Below, one piece after another: positions 41,120-52,049 of a DNA stretch of 64,000 bases. Origin of the DNA: Gemmatimonadota bacterium (GTDB lineage Bacteria; JBHIER01; G020348925); assembly GCA_020348925.1 (NCBI GenBank), contig CP070758.1, positions 2,991,688-3,055,687 of the forward strand. Direction: 5' to 3'. The notes under the pieces are model-generated. The model was not told where the DNA came from. It saw only the letters and a program-made list of their open reading frames with translations, and did no database searches. Position numbers and translations under genes: made by a program. Within the stretch, counting starts at the first letter, position 1; each line of letters starts with the position of its first letter.

Positions 41120-41710
41120 TCAATCAAAATCATGTTTTTGCATAGAGGTGATCAGTGCCGCCTCAAGAAGACCTGATAGAAAGAGCAGAGGAAGGACGAA
41201 GAGGATATAGACCCACCAGAGACTCATGAAAAATTGAGAAATCGATAGACCCATCACCGGACTTAAAATTTCCAGACCCAAACTCATACCCAGAGACAAA
41301 GCGATCCAGGCGGCGGGCAGCTCCATAAGGGCCACGGGATTGAGAAAGATGGCGGCAAATCCCATTCGTCCCGCGACCTTGAAGGTGATGATGGAGACAT
41401 TGAGACCAGTCAGAAACGCGAAGAGAAAGGGCAGCACACCTGTAAAACCTGAGAGAAAACTGAGAAAAAGCGACGTCGCATTGAAACAGAAGATAATGAC
41501 AAAAAGCTTGAAAAATCGAGGCCTGCCCCGGAGGATTTTCTCAAGACAGTTGTAGATCCATAAGGGGTACGCGATCAGAAAGCGAATATTTCGCGCAACG
41601 ATCCTCGGTCCCACAACAACACCCATTGTGAAGAGCACCACCGCAAGACCGAAGAGGTTCCAGTCAATCCTCTGCAGGAGCTCTCGATATATCGAAAGAA
41701 GTGAAATCAT
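41120..41710 (-). CDS. SpoIIM-like integral membrane protein
   Basis: Multiple TM segments; IFCFN, ELPAAWIA, SGLLEA. Confidence 0.7.
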   Translation of the reverse strand: MISLLSIYRELLQRIDWNLFGLAVVLFTMGVVVGPRIVARNIRFLIAYPLWIYNCLEKILRGRPRFFKLFVIIFCFNATSLFLSFLSGFTGVLPFLFAFLTGLNVSIITFKVAGRMGFAAIFLNPVALMELPAAWIALSLGMSLGLEILSPVMGLSISQFFMSLWWVYILFVLPLLFLSGLLEAALITSMQKHDFD

Positions 41711-42879
41711 TCTTGAAACTTTCTACGATTGATGACAAAGAAAAATGAAGCTGTCAATGAAAGTACGCCCCACAGAGAAAAAGCAATCTGAGATCCGACG
41801 CGACTCCAGGCAAAACCGAACAGGAGATTCGCCGGAAGGGGGGCGATACCCACAGCCGTGTGGTACATCCCCAGGGCCGTTCCTCTCCTGTCCGCCACGA
41901 CAAGATCCGAGACCAGTGCTCGGGGAATAGTCTCGGTAATAGCGACAACTATACCGTAGACCGCAAAGAGAATCAAGGCATGCAGAGCATGATCGGCGAG
42001 TGAAAATCCCAGAAGGAACAGCCCGTGAAGAAACATGCCCGTTCCCAGAACGGCCGTTCTTCCCATCTTATCGGAAAGGCTGCCAACTGGAACAGCGAAT
42101 AGTGCGTACATGATAGTATACAAAAGGTACACCAGGGGGATGAATTTCTCGGCAAGGCCAAGCTCATTGGCCCGCAGAATAAAAAAGGCATAACTCACGC
42201 TGGAAAACGTGAAGATTGAGATGCAAACCAGGAAGAGCTTGAACTGCTGGGTCGCAGCGCCATGAGGTTGAACGTGAACCGATCCATGCAACCCCTCATC
42301 GTGCTCTTTTTTCCGTTTCTCCCGGACACAAAGAGAAAGGACCAGGACAGCAATACTCCCCGGTATTCCGGACAGAAGGAAAATGGTCCGGTAGGAATCC
42401 GAAGCAATGGAGAGAAACAGAAAAGCGATGGAGGCCCCGACCACCGCCCCGACCGTGTCCATCATGCGATGGATACCAAATGCCTTGCCTCGACTGTTCT
42501 GTTCACTGGATTCGGCAATTAGGGCATCGCGGGGCGCCGTCCGCAGCCCCTTCCCCATTCTGTCGACGAAGCGAATGATCAGAACGTGACCGGCAGTATT
42601 GGCCAGTGCCAAAAGTGGCTTGACCATATTCGAAACGCAGTATCCAATCAAAGCGAATGACTTCCGCCGCCGAACCCGATCCGAATACCACCCCGAGCCG
42701 ATCTTCAAGAGACTGGAAGAGGATTCGGCCACACCCTCGATGAGACCGATAAAGGCTTTGCTCGTCCCCAGGACATTGGCCAGGAAGAGCGGGAGAATGG
42801 GAAGGATCATCTCGGAGGAGATGTCGGTCAGAAAGCTCACCCAACCCAATGCGATCACATTGTTCCTCTTTTTTCTCAT
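41707..42879 (-). CDS. MFS transporter
   Basis: SFLTDISSEM, DRMGKGLRTAPRDALI, GSLSDKMGR. Confidence 0.92.
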   Translation of the reverse strand: MRKKRNNVIALGWVSFLTDISSEMILPILPLFLANVLGTSKAFIGLIEGVAESSSSLLKIGSGWYSDRVRRRKSFALIGYCVSNMVKPLLALANTAGHVLIIRFVDRMGKGLRTAPRDALIAESSEQNSRGKAFGIHRMMDTVGAVVGASIAFLFLSIASDSYRTIFLLSGIPGSIAVLVLSLCVREKRKKEHDEGLHGSVHVQPHGAATQQFKLFLVCISIFTFSSVSYAFFILRANELGLAEKFIPLVYLLYTIMYALFAVPVGSLSDKMGRTAVLGTGMFLHGLFLLGFSLADHALHALILFAVYGIVVAITETIPRALVSDLVVADRRGTALGMYHTAVGIAPLPANLLFGFAWSRVGSQIAFSLWGVLSLTASFFFVINRRKFQE

Positions 42880-43017
42880 GAAACCACATCCGCCGTTCAA
42901 ACGCTTCACTCAAAACCTACTGGAATATCGTAATGTCTCGTATCAATACATGAAGTACATCAATAATTGAAGGAAGAGTATTACAGAGTGGAGAGATGTA
43001 TGATGTTCCGAAATCGT

Positions 43018-44205
43018 TTATTCGACGAATACCGTGCGTTCTGCTATGGCAAACCCTCTCCGTCGGGCCTCTTCAACTATTGTGGATCCCGGTACGGCCA
43101 ATTCAACAGGTACTGCCCCGCGTTGAACCTTGCCCTGTGCAGCCAGAATGGCGATGATCGAAGCGTGCCAGCCGGTCAAGCGCTGCATGGCTGTGAAACC
43201 GGTCCTCTCATCGTAGGAGTCTATGAGTTCTACAATCGCCTCCGCACGCTGCCCGTCCTTTTCCCCGATACATTTGATGCGCATCACGCCCATGTCCCGG
43301 ATTTCAGGCTGTGTCACCTCGGGCTCAATCAGCGCGTGAAACACATCCCGCGGCACCACCTTCCTGCCATCGATCTCGATAGGTTCCCGTTCAAAGAGAC
43401 CGAGTTCTCGAAAGGCCCGAAACTGCGCCCAGTGACCGGGATAGCGCAGCGTCTTATTCTCCAGGCGGTCAAGCGTTCCCTGAAACGTCCACGGCGCGGT
43501 TGACAGTCCACCTGATGTGACGAAGGCCTCCAGCTTGCCAATGGGAGGAGGAAAGTCCAATTCTTCATATCCATCGAAACACGGGACTTCGGTGATTTTT
43601 CCGTTTCGGAGGTAATAGGCGTGGCCCGAATACTCGTTCGTCAGCCCATCGATATGAAAGGTCAGGAGAAAATTCCACGGCGGCTTGGGATCCTGGGGCA
43701 GACCGCCGTCCCAGATGAATACCTCCCGGGGATTGTCCAACAGGGACATGGCGTAGGTCGCCAGCGATATATTCATGCCCGGCCCCATGCCACAGTCAGG
43801 CACGATGGTGACACCTCTCGCTTTCGCATCCGCATCACGCTGCAACTGCTCCCGGACAACATCCGTGTTGCCTCCGAAGTCACACATGTGGGCGCCGATA
43901 CGAATGGCCAGGTCTGTGAGCGAAGGGTTTAAGGGATAATGGACACCGCTGATGAAGGCCGTCACTCCGTCAAGAACGGACAGCAATCTTTCGACATCCT
44001 GGGCATCGGCCTGGACGGCACTCGCAACTTTTCGGTCCAGCAATGTATTGATCTGCTCGACCCCGGCTTCAGCAACACTTTCATCAATATCTATGAGCAC
44101 AATCTCCCGGGCTCCCCCGAATTTTCCCAAATCATAGGCTGAAGCAATCCCCTGTCTGCCTGCACCAAGTACCGCGTATCGAAATCTCACAGTCTGTTTC
44201 TTCAT
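43018..44205 (-). CDS. Saccharopine dehydrogenase family (lysine 6-dehydrogenase-like)
   Basis: GAGRQG, PDCGMGPG, GGLPQDP, GLTNEY, KTLRYPGH, TAMQRLTG. Confidence 0.88.
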   Translation of the reverse strand: MKKQTVRFRYAVLGAGRQGIASAYDLGKFGGAREIVLIDIDESVAEAGVEQINTLLDRKVASAVQADAQDVERLLSVLDGVTAFISGVHYPLNPSLTDLAIRIGAHMCDFGGNTDVVREQLQRDADAKARGVTIVPDCGMGPGMNISLATYAMSLLDNPREVFIWDGGLPQDPKPPWNFLLTFHIDGLTNEYSGHAYYLRNGKITEVPCFDGYEELDFPPPIGKLEAFVTSGGLSTAPWTFQGTLDRLENKTLRYPGHWAQFRAFRELGLFEREPIEIDGRKVVPRDVFHALIEPEVTQPEIRDMGVMRIKCIGEKDGQRAEAIVELIDSYDERTGFTAMQRLTGWHASIIAILAAQGKVQRGAVPVELAVPGSTIVEEARRRGFAIAERTVFVE

Positions 44206-44215
44206 CCTTTCATTC

Positions 44216-47200
44216 TTAGCCGGATTTTCGTCTCGTGCGAATTTTGGCAATCACATTTTCAAAAGAAAAATAGAGAGACGGAATAATGACGAGTGTGAAA
44301 ACAGCGCTGATGAGAACGCCGCCCATGGTCACCAGAGCCATTGCCGCGCGGAATTCGTATCCTGCTCCCGTACCCAGGACCTGGGGAACCATTCCCACAG
44401 CAATGGCAAGATTCGTCATAATGACCGGTCGCAGCCGCACAGGACAGGCCTCGATGATCGCTTCTTTCAACTCCACGCCCCGCCGTCGCAACTGGGCCAC
44501 ATAGTCCAGGAGCAAAATGGCATTGTTCACCACGATGCCCACCAACATGACCATGGCCATGAGGCTCATGATGTTGATGGTCTGGCCGCCGAAGAAGAGA
44601 CCCATGGCCGATCCGATCAGACCCAAGGGAAGTGTAATCATAACCGTTAGCGGATGAATGAAGGATTCGAGGATCATGGCCAATACGACGTAGGTCAAAA
44701 TAATAGCCAGATTGAGCGCTTCGAAAATCGAGGCGAAGGATACCTGCTGGAACTCGTAGATACCGGCGAATTTGATGCGGTAACCCGGCGGTACATTCAG
44801 GGCATCGGTCTGATCCCGGATCTCCCGGACCACCTCGGAAAGCGTGCCTTCTCCGATGTTGGCCGAGACCGTAATCCGCCTCTGCCTCTCGCGGCGCAGA
44901 ATCACCGCCTCACCTCGCTGCACCTGGACCCTTCCCAGCTGCGTCAGGGGTACGAGCACAGGTCCTGCCGCCAGGCGAATCTCTCTCAGCACCCGGGCAT
45001 CCTGCCTGTCAGGATCGTCGAACTGAACGCGTATGGAATACTCCTCCCCTGCCTCGCGATAGACGGAGCCGTCGTCTCCCTCGAAGGAATTTCGGAGCAA
45101 TGCGGCCACACCACCTGTCGACAGGCCGCGGCGGGCGATCTCCTCGCGGTCCGGGGTAAAGACCAACTCCTCCCCACCCACCTCCCAGCTGCTTTCCACA
45201 TCCACCAGCCCTGGCGTCGAAGCCACGATATCGAGTACCTGGTCAGCGAGCCGCTTCAGCGGCCCTTGCTCATCCCCCATGACTTCAATTTCCAGGTCGG
45301 CGGAGGTCCCCCCCTCCCGTTCCTCCCCGGCCACCGAGACATCCGCCCCGGGAATACCGGCCAGCTTCGGGCGGGGCCTGTTGGAGATCTCGTAGGCGGA
45401 TCTCTCACGCTCAGATCTGTCCACCAGTTTTGCCTGAATCATGGCCTCATGAATGCCCCGGTCAGCCCCACCGATCGTGCTCAGGACAGAGGCCACTTCC
45501 GGTTGTCCGGCCAGGATCCCCTCCACCTCGGTGATAACTTTTTCGGTGATCTTCAGGGGGGTTCCCGCGGGGAGCTCGAGGGCCACGGAGACAAACCCCT
45601 CGTCGATTCTGGGCATAAATTCACCGCCGGAAATACCCATCAACATAATGCCGAAGGCGAACATAAAGACGGTCAGTACGAAAAGGAGGGCACGATTGAA
45701 TCCACGCTTCAAACTCCACTCCAACACGCCCCTGTAAGTTCCGGCCAGATTCGTCATCGCCCGTTCCATCATGTGGGGCCTGACATTCACTTCTTCTCTC
45801 GAAGAGCCATTCCCCTCGGATTCGTCACTGGGTTTCCGAATTCGTCTCAGAATGACCGCCGAGAGCATGGGGGTCAGGGTGAAGGAGATGACGAGGGAGA
45901 AGATGGTCGCAAAAACAACCGTCATCCCGAACTGGAGGAAGAACCGGCCAACGATGCCTCGCATGAACGCAATAGGTACAAAGACAACGACGTTCGTCAT
46001 GACTGACGCCATCACGGCCAGGGCGACTTCATTGGTGCCCACCGTCGCCGCCTCAGGCGGCTGTTTCCCCATCTGGAGATGGCGGACAATATTCTCGATC
46101 ACCACGATGGAATTCGTCACCAGTATGCCCACGGAAATGCCGAGGGCCATTAATGTCAGGATGTTGAGGGTAAATCCCGAGGCCTGCATGAGGAGAAAAG
46201 CCGACAGAATGGCCGAGGGCATAACGATGGCAGCGATGAAGGTGACGCGGCCGTTTCTCAAGAAGAGATACAGCAGCAACGATGTCAGCAGAATACCGAT
46301 GATGATGTTCTGCTGGACGTCCTTGACAGCGTCCCTGATAAAATTCGAATCGTCCTGGGCATATTCGATGACGAAATCCGAGGGGAGCTCTCTTCGGAGC
46401 TCCTCAACCGCTCTGTAAATGCCGTTTGCCGTCTCGATGGTGTTGGCCCCCGCCCGCTTGACAATATCGATCTGCACCGCCTCCTGCCCGTTGAACCGGG
46501 CCCGGGACCGCGTTTCCTCATACGTGTCCCGAACAATGGCGATATCTTTGAGGGAGATGAACCCGCCGGATGAGAGTGGGACGCGAACGCAGCCGATCTC
46601 CTCGACGTTCGAGAACTCGCCCAGAGTCCTGATCGTATACTCCTGATCCGGCTCGATAATTCGCCCCTCAGGGACATTGACGTTCTCCGTGGCGATGGCC
46701 TGAGTCACGACATGAATGGGAAGCCCGTAATAGTCAAGCTTGTGTCGATCGACGGCCACCTGGATCTCCCGCCTCTGACCTCCGATGATTTCCACGGTGG
46801 CCACGCCGGAGACCTGGGAGAGGCGGTCGCGTATCGTCTTATCCGCCAAGGCATAGGTCTGGTTGACGCCCCTGGGACTGGAAACGGACAGGGAGATGAT
46901 GGGTCTGGCCCCGATCTCGAACTTTTCCACTCTCGGTTTCTCGGTCCCGTCAGGCAGGTCGTTGAGAATGGCATCGACCTTCGCCCGCACATCGTTGGCG
47001 GCATCATCGCTGTTTCGCTCCAGCACGAAGCGGATGATGACAAAGGAGACACTCTCCCTGGAGATCGACTCCATCAAATCGATATCAGCAATCGTACTGA
47101 CAGCATCCTCGATCTTTTTCGTTATCTGGCTTTCGACCTCCTCCGGACCTGCACCGGGGTAAATGGTGGTGATGGTGACAAAAGGGAAATCGATATTGGG

Positions 47201-47311
47201 CATGAGCTCAACGGCCAGTCTGAGATAGCCGAAGATGCCCAACACGACGAAGGCCAGGACGAGCATCGTGGTGAATACTGGGCGGCGTACGGAAAGGGAG
47301 GAAAGAAACAT
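44216..47311 (-). CDS. RND efflux permease (AcrB family)
   Basis: RRPVFT, YPGAGPEEVE, IVVIENI, TLTPML, GIVVNNAILL, RLRPVIMT. Confidence 0.95.
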   Translation of the reverse strand: MFLSSLSVRRPVFTTMLVLAFVVLGIFGYLRLAVELMPNIDFPFVTITTIYPGAGPEEVESQITKKIEDAVSTIADIDLMESISRESVSFVIIRFVLERNSDDAANDVRAKVDAILNDLPDGTEKPRVEKFEIGARPIISLSVSSPRGVNQTYALADKTIRDRLSQVSGVATVEIIGGQRREIQVAVDRHKLDYYGLPIHVVTQAIATENVNVPEGRIIEPDQEYTIRTLGEFSNVEEIGCVRVPLSSGGFISLKDIAIVRDTYEETRSRARFNGQEAVQIDIVKRAGANTIETANGIYRAVEELRRELPSDFVIEYAQDDSNFIRDAVKDVQQNIIIGILLTSLLLYLFLRNGRVTFIAAIVMPSAILSAFLLMQASGFTLNILTLMALGISVGILVTNSIVVIENIVRHLQMGKQPPEAATVGTNEVALAVMASVMTNVVVFVPIAFMRGIVGRFFLQFGMTVVFATIFSLVISFTLTPMLSAVILRRIRKPSDESEGNGSSREEVNVRPHMMERAMTNLAGTYRGVLEWSLKRGFNRALLFVLTVFMFAFGIMLMGISGGEFMPRIDEGFVSVALELPAGTPLKITEKVITEVEGILAGQPEVASVLSTIGGADRGIHEAMIQAKLVDRSERERSAYEISNRPRPKLAGIPGADVSVAGEEREGGTSADLEIEVMGDEQGPLKRLADQVLDIVASTPGLVDVESSWEVGGEELVFTPDREEIARRGLSTGGVAALLRNSFEGDDGSVYREAGEEYSIRVQFDDPDRQDARVLREIRLAAGPVLVPLTQLGRVQVQRGEAVILRRERQRRITVSANIGEGTLSEVVREIRDQTDALNVPPGYRIKFAGIYEFQQVSFASIFEALNLAIILTYVVLAMILESFIHPLTVMITLPLGLIGSAMGLFFGGQTINIMSLMAMVMLVGIVVNNAILLLDYVAQLRRRGVELKEAIIEACPVRLRPVIMTNLAIAVGMVPQVLGTGAGYEFRAAMALVTMGGVLISAVFTLVIIPSLYFSFENVIAKIRTRRKSG

Positions 47312-47330
47312 TGCGTGCTCTCTGTCTTTT

Positions 47331-48500
47331 TCAGATACCCGGTTCGAAGTATTCAGCCGTCACATCGGCGTGTATTTTGACCCGGATACCATCCTTGAGT
47401 TTATTCTGCCCCTGGACCACCACCTTCTCCCCGCTGGAGAGCCCGCTGGGAATGGCGACGAAGACACCGTTCTCCAAGCCACGGGTCACTTCCCGTAGAC
47501 GAGCTACCGGGTGTTCTCCGGACTCGTCGATAACGAAAATCCGATCGAGACCATCGTGTTTCAGCAAAGCACCCGGAGGGAGGAGCGGTTGGTCTTTCGT
47601 CGAGGCCACACGAATCTCGGGCGTCACCAGCGTTCCCGGCTGAAAGAGGTGCTGCGGATTATTGAGGATCACCTCAATCGAAAAGAGGCGGGTTTCCGGA
47701 TCCGCACTCAAGGCAACTTTCACCACGTTCCCCTTGAGGGTAGGGGCAGTCCCGGTATCTCTGTTTCCGGTGGTTCCTTTTCCAGGGCAGTCCACTGCAC
47801 CGGATCTGCTGGCATCCACAAACAATCGGACGGCTTGACCCTCTCTCACAAGGGCGCGCTCGGACTCGCTCAGTTCGAGGGGAACGCGAATACGATCGTA
47901 CGAGGCGATGGTGGCAACGGTCTGCTCCCCGGCGGCGTAGTCGCCGGCTTCAACGCTCACCGCTGTCACCACACCGGAAATGGGCGTATCGAGCTCCACA
48001 GCCCGACGCGCCGTGAGATAGTGTGCCCTGGCCGCCTCAGTGGAGGCCCGGGCGTGGTCGAGCTCCTGTTGGGAGATCGCGCCGCTCTTGAACAGTTCTT
48101 CGAGACGGATACTGTCCCGCTTGGCCGTCCTGTACTGCGTCTCGGCAGTTTTGAGGTTCATAGCAAATAGAGTCGGATCGTAGGGGTCGAGGGAGATGAT
48201 GACTTTTCCCGCGGCCACCTCATCACCGACCCTGACATGCACTCCTTCCACCAGAGTCCGGAACGGCGCCACCAGATTGACCTGTTCATAGCCCTCCGCA
48301 ACACCGGCAAACTCGCGCCAATCCTCAATCGGAAGAGCACGAGTCCTGATAATATCGACAGGTATCCCTTCGGACTCCTGCACGTCCCTAATGCTCAAGA
48401 CCTCTTCCTTCTCGAGTCTGCGGACGGCGGTCATGGCAAAAAGTGCAATAACGACAACCAGAATGAGGATCCAGATTCCTGCTTTTGCACCACGGCTCAT
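47331..48500 (-). CDS. RND periplasmic adaptor (MFP)
   Basis: N-terminal anchor, V.VGD.V..G, GAISQQELD, TPISGVV, GLSSGEKVVVQG. Confidence 0.92.
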   Translation of the reverse strand: MSRGAKAGIWILILVVVIALFAMTAVRRLEKEEVLSIRDVQESEGIPVDIIRTRALPIEDWREFAGVAEGYEQVNLVAPFRTLVEGVHVRVGDEVAAGKVIISLDPYDPTLFAMNLKTAETQYRTAKRDSIRLEELFKSGAISQQELDHARASTEAARAHYLTARRAVELDTPISGVVTAVSVEAGDYAAGEQTVATIASYDRIRVPLELSESERALVREGQAVRLFVDASRSGAVDCPGKGTTGNRDTGTAPTLKGNVVKVALSADPETRLFSIEVILNNPQHLFQPGTLVTPEIRVASTKDQPLLPPGALLKHDGLDRIFVIDESGEHPVARLREVTRGLENGVFVAIPSGLSSGEKVVVQGQNKLKDGIRVKIHADVTAEYFEPGI

Positions 48501-48513
48501 TGAGTTCACTCCT

Positions 48514-49944
48514 CTATTTAGAGTTCAAGAAATCAGATGCATCATCATGCGAACCTCGAGCCGTACGCCCAAGAACTCGCTCCATATTGGCCACGGCAGC
48601 ATTATACCGATAGAGTGTCTCGGCGAAATTCGTTCGGGCAAAATGAAGGGCCGTCTCCGCATCGGTCAGCTCCAGCTGCGTCGAAAGACCGTTGAGAAAA
48701 CGCGTCTCGGCAATGGTGTACGCCTCTTGAGCGAGATCGACGGTCGCCCTCTGGGATTCGTATTCACGCCGGAGGCTCCGAAGATCCTGGACCGCTTTCG
48801 TCACCTCAAGCCGCACCGCCTTGCGGGCCTGCTGCAGTTCGTATTCGGCACGATACAGGCTCGCCCTGGCCTGTTGCACCTTCCCCTTGGATCTGAAGCC
48901 GTCGAAAATCGGCATGCTCAGCGACAGACCTGCCGAGGCCGAGATGGCCCTGTGGTCCTTGTCAAAAGGATCAAGAGGATGCTCCTTTCCCGCCTGTCCC
49001 TGAAGCAGAACCTGTCCATAGAGACCGAGAAGAGGAAGTCTGCCTGCCTTCTCAATGGCAAGAATCTTTTTCCTTCCCTCCACATTGAGTTCCAGCGTAC
49101 GAATTTCCGGCCGATGGCTCAAGGCTTCATTGATCGCGACCTCCTCACGTATATCGTACGGTACGTATCCCAGGGAGTCGGTGAGCACACACTCCGCCGT
49201 GTCGTCCAGACCCAGGACCCGTTTGAGGTCCTGCAGGGCAAGGGTAAGATCGTTCTCGGCACTGATGACCTCAGGTTCGCGGTTTTTGACCTCAACCTGA
49301 GCCCGGAGAAGGGTAAAACGCGACGTCGTCCCCTGAGAAAATTTCACCTCGATGTCCGCAAGATGCGAACGGGCCTGATTGAGGAATTGCCGTTGAATGT
49401 CGACCACGTGCTGCATCAAGAGCACCCTGAAATAGGCTTCCTTGGCCGAGAAGGTGACTTCACTTCGAGCGTTTCCAACACCCATAGCAGCCATTTCCTT
49501 GAAGATATTGGCGTACTGGACGGCGTTCCCCACGCGCCCGAAGGCATAGAGCACCTGATCGATTCTCAGATTGCCCAGAACCTCGATATCTTCACCGATC
49601 TCGAATTTCCCACCTCCAAACTCCTCGGGAGCAAAAAAAGCCGGCTTCTTTAAATTCCCCTGGTATGTTCCTTGGAACGCCACATTCGGCAGCGCCCCTG
49701 CCCAGGCCTCTTTCACAACACCGCTGGCCCGTTTCTCATCTTCCAGGGCAATCAAGAGGGTCTCATTGTGACGGATTGCAAGGGAAACCGCATCCGACAG
49801 GGAAAGTCGCAATCGTTCTGTACTTTCAATTCGCCCAACGAAACCAGCCAGAATAACAGAACACCAAACCAGAGTGTGTGCTACGTTCTTCATCCCTTGA
49901 ATGATAGGTATCATGTGCGCTCTTCTCATACTATGCACTTTCAT
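48514..49944 (-). CDS. TolC-family outer membrane protein
   Basis: LSLSDAVSLAI, AYFRVL, LSMPIFDG, RF.NG.STQLEL. Confidence 0.92.
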   Translation of the reverse strand: MKVHSMRRAHMIPIIQGMKNVAHTLVWCSVILAGFVGRIESTERLRLSLSDAVSLAIRHNETLLIALEDEKRASGVVKEAWAGALPNVAFQGTYQGNLKKPAFFAPEEFGGGKFEIGEDIEVLGNLRIDQVLYAFGRVGNAVQYANIFKEMAAMGVGNARSEVTFSAKEAYFRVLLMQHVVDIQRQFLNQARSHLADIEVKFSQGTTSRFTLLRAQVEVKNREPEVISAENDLTLALQDLKRVLGLDDTAECVLTDSLGYVPYDIREEVAINEALSHRPEIRTLELNVEGRKKILAIEKAGRLPLLGLYGQVLLQGQAGKEHPLDPFDKDHRAISASAGLSLSMPIFDGFRSKGKVQQARASLYRAEYELQQARKAVRLEVTKAVQDLRSLRREYESQRATVDLAQEAYTIAETRFLNGLSTQLELTDAETALHFARTNFAETLYRYNAAVANMERVLGRTARGSHDDASDFLNSK

Positions 49945-50584
49945 TTTTCTCGTAACCTTTACGAGGAGAAAATGCTCTCATAATGACATTGACAACCGTC
50001 GGGGTTTCTTCGGTCCAATCCTTTTTTCCATCCTCATACAGTAACCTTTCTCGAATGAATCCCCACATGATTGCCCTGAACGTTTTTGAGATGGTATGTG
50101 GCTTCTCCTCCGTGAGCACACCCTCCTGAACGGCCCCAGAAAAAAAAGCTTCAAAGCGTGTGTGCATCATGGTTTGATACTTGAGCCAATCGGAGGATAA
50201 CCCTGCATCCGTATGAGCCAATGCATGCAGATCACGGAGAGAACTCGTGGCATAGTCCATATTGTCATTGAGCCATGAGAAGATAGCGTTCACAACATTT
50301 GTGAAACGGCTCTTAAAATCAAGGGAAGCGTTCAGTTTCTCTTCAATAACTGACATGAGTGACTCATGTTTATGCCGAAGCAACGAGATGAAAATCGATT
50401 CCTTGTTTGGAAAAAGCTTGTACAGATACCCCACGCTGAATTCAGCCTCCGCAGCAATCTCCTGCATGGTTATTTCGCGGTAACTCTTATGCGTTAAAAG
50501 CGTCTCAGCGATCCCCAGGACATCCTGTCGGTGACGCTCCTTTTCCCGCTCCTTCCGGGGTACTCGATGGGTACTGTTTGTCAT
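49931..50584 (-). CDS. TetR/AcrR-family regulator
   Basis: ITMQEIAAEAEFSVGYLYKLFPNKE. Confidence 0.92.
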   Translation of the reverse strand: MTNSTHRVPRKEREKERHRQDVLGIAETLLTHKSYREITMQEIAAEAEFSVGYLYKLFPNKESIFISLLRHKHESLMSVIEEKLNASLDFKSRFTNVVNAIFSWLNDNMDYATSSLRDLHALAHTDAGLSSDWLKYQTMMHTRFEAFFSGAVQEGVLTEEKPHTISKTFRAIMWGFIRERLLYEDGKKDWTEETPTVVNVIMRAFSPRKGYEKNESA

Positions 50585-50704
50585 TACGGCACCGTTATCC
50601 GTCTCGCATCCGACGATCTGTTGGAATTTGTCGAAAAATTTTTCTTCTGACACATCTCTTACGATTCTCTTTGAACCTGAAAAGATTATTCGCACAATGA
50701 TTCC

Positions 50705-50761
50705 TCATTCACAATATGAATGAAGATTCACGAATGTAATGGATCAACACCGGTATGTCAA
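50705..50761 (-). promoter_or_regulatory. Efflux operon promoter with probable TetR operator
   Basis: Minus strand TTGACA-N17-TACATT (50761-50733), immediately followed by the inverted repeat TCATTCA-N5-TGAATGA (50705-50723). Confidence 0.7.
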
Positions 50762-50960
50762 GAAATTAATATTCGGAACACCCTTTTTCGAACGACTTGA
50801 TGGTTATGTGTTCGTGAGGGAAAGCGGTGCTCTTTGAAAACTGACGATTGTTTTAAATATATTACTTTTTATAATACTTAATGTTATAGTTATTGTTTAA
50901 AGTAATATATTAAGATTATTCCAAGCTATGCATTGAAAGTTTGCCTGAAGCATATCTCTT

Positions 50961-51509
50961 TCACTTCTCAATCAATCTGAGAAATTCGTTCCTCGTTTTG
51001 TCGTCCTCGCGAAAATCGCCCAGCATGGCGCTCGTCACCGTGGTCGAGCCCTGCTTCTCCACACCCCGCATCATCATGCACAGGTGGGCGGCTTCCATGA
51101 CAACAGCCACACCGAGAGGATTCAGAATCTCCTGAATGGCATTGGCAATCTGGTTCGTCAGTCGCTCCTGCAGTTGGAGTCTGCGACTGTACATTTCGAC
51201 GATGCGTGGAAATTTGCTCAAGCCAAGAATTTTCCCCGTGGGCAGATAGCCGATGTGACACGTTCCGTAGAAGGGCAACAGGTGATGTTCGCACAGGCTG
51301 AAGAAATTGACATCCTTGACGATGACCATGTCATCGACTTTCTCTTTGAAAACGGCACCGTTCACAATGGCCGACAGGTCCTGCTGGTACCCGTCGGTCA
51401 AAAAGGACAGCACGTCCTCAACCCGCTGCGGGGTCTTGCGGAGCCCCTCCCGTCTTGGATCTTCACCGATCTGCTCTAATAATTCCTTAACGTATTTCCT
51501 CACCCGCAT
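50961..51509 (-). CDS. folE: GTP cyclohydrolase I
   Basis: [38 protein letters not shown]. Confidence 0.97.
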   Translation of the reverse strand: MRVRKYVKELLEQIGEDPRREGLRKTPQRVEDVLSFLTDGYQQDLSAIVNGAVFKEKVDDMVIVKDVNFFSLCEHHLLPFYGTCHIGYLPTGKILGLSKFPRIVEMYSRRLQLQERLTNQIANAIQEILNPLGVAVVMEAAHLCMMMRGVEKQGSTTVTSAMLGDFREDDKTRNEFLRLIEK

Positions 51510-51912
51510 CGCCGTAATACTCCACGTAATTGTTTCGCGTCTCGTACAATCTCACCCTGTGCAGAGAACAGTTCTCAAGCTTACTCTCCAGTCTGCTCCA
51601 GACCCACATGGCCATGTTCTCGCATGTCGGCACGTTTTTTTTGAAATAGTCGATTTCCACGTTTATAAACCTGTGATCCAGAACGTCGACGACTTCTGCC
51701 CGAATAATCTGCTTCAATGTGTCGACATTGATGAAAAAACCCGTTTTTTTGTCTATTTCCCCTTTGACCGTAATTTCCAGGACATAATTATGTCCGTGCC
51801 CCTTCGGATTGCCGCACTTTCCGAAGCATTGTTCGTTCTCCTCAGGACTCATGTCGGGATTGTAGAGTGTGTGCGCAGCGCTGAATTCAACTCGTCGTGT
51901 CAAATAGATCAT
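51487..51912 (-). CDS. 6-pyruvoyl-tetrahydropterin synthase family protein (CX5HGH type)
   Basis: [29 protein letters not shown]. Confidence 0.9.
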   Translation of the reverse strand: MIYLTRRVEFSAAHTLYNPDMSPEENEQCFGKCGNPKGHGHNYVLEITVKGEIDKKTGFFINVDTLKQIIRAEVVDVLDHRFINVEIDYFKKNVPTCENMAMWVWSRLESKLENCSLHRVRLYETRNNYVEYYGDAGEEIR

Positions 51913-52049
51913 TATAATTTTTCCTTCATCTCTATTGAATATTCTCACACATTATTCCGTGAAAATATAAAGACACACGCCTGCTAAAAAAAGGAAAAAG
52001 CTTCTCCTGTCCGGCCAGCGAATACAGTGTATGGGTCCTCTCTTCGATC

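Noticed and set aside
44654-49653. Long plus-strand ORFs (450, 420, 222 aa and others)
   Set aside because: Antisense shadows of the RND operon with no recognisable motifs.
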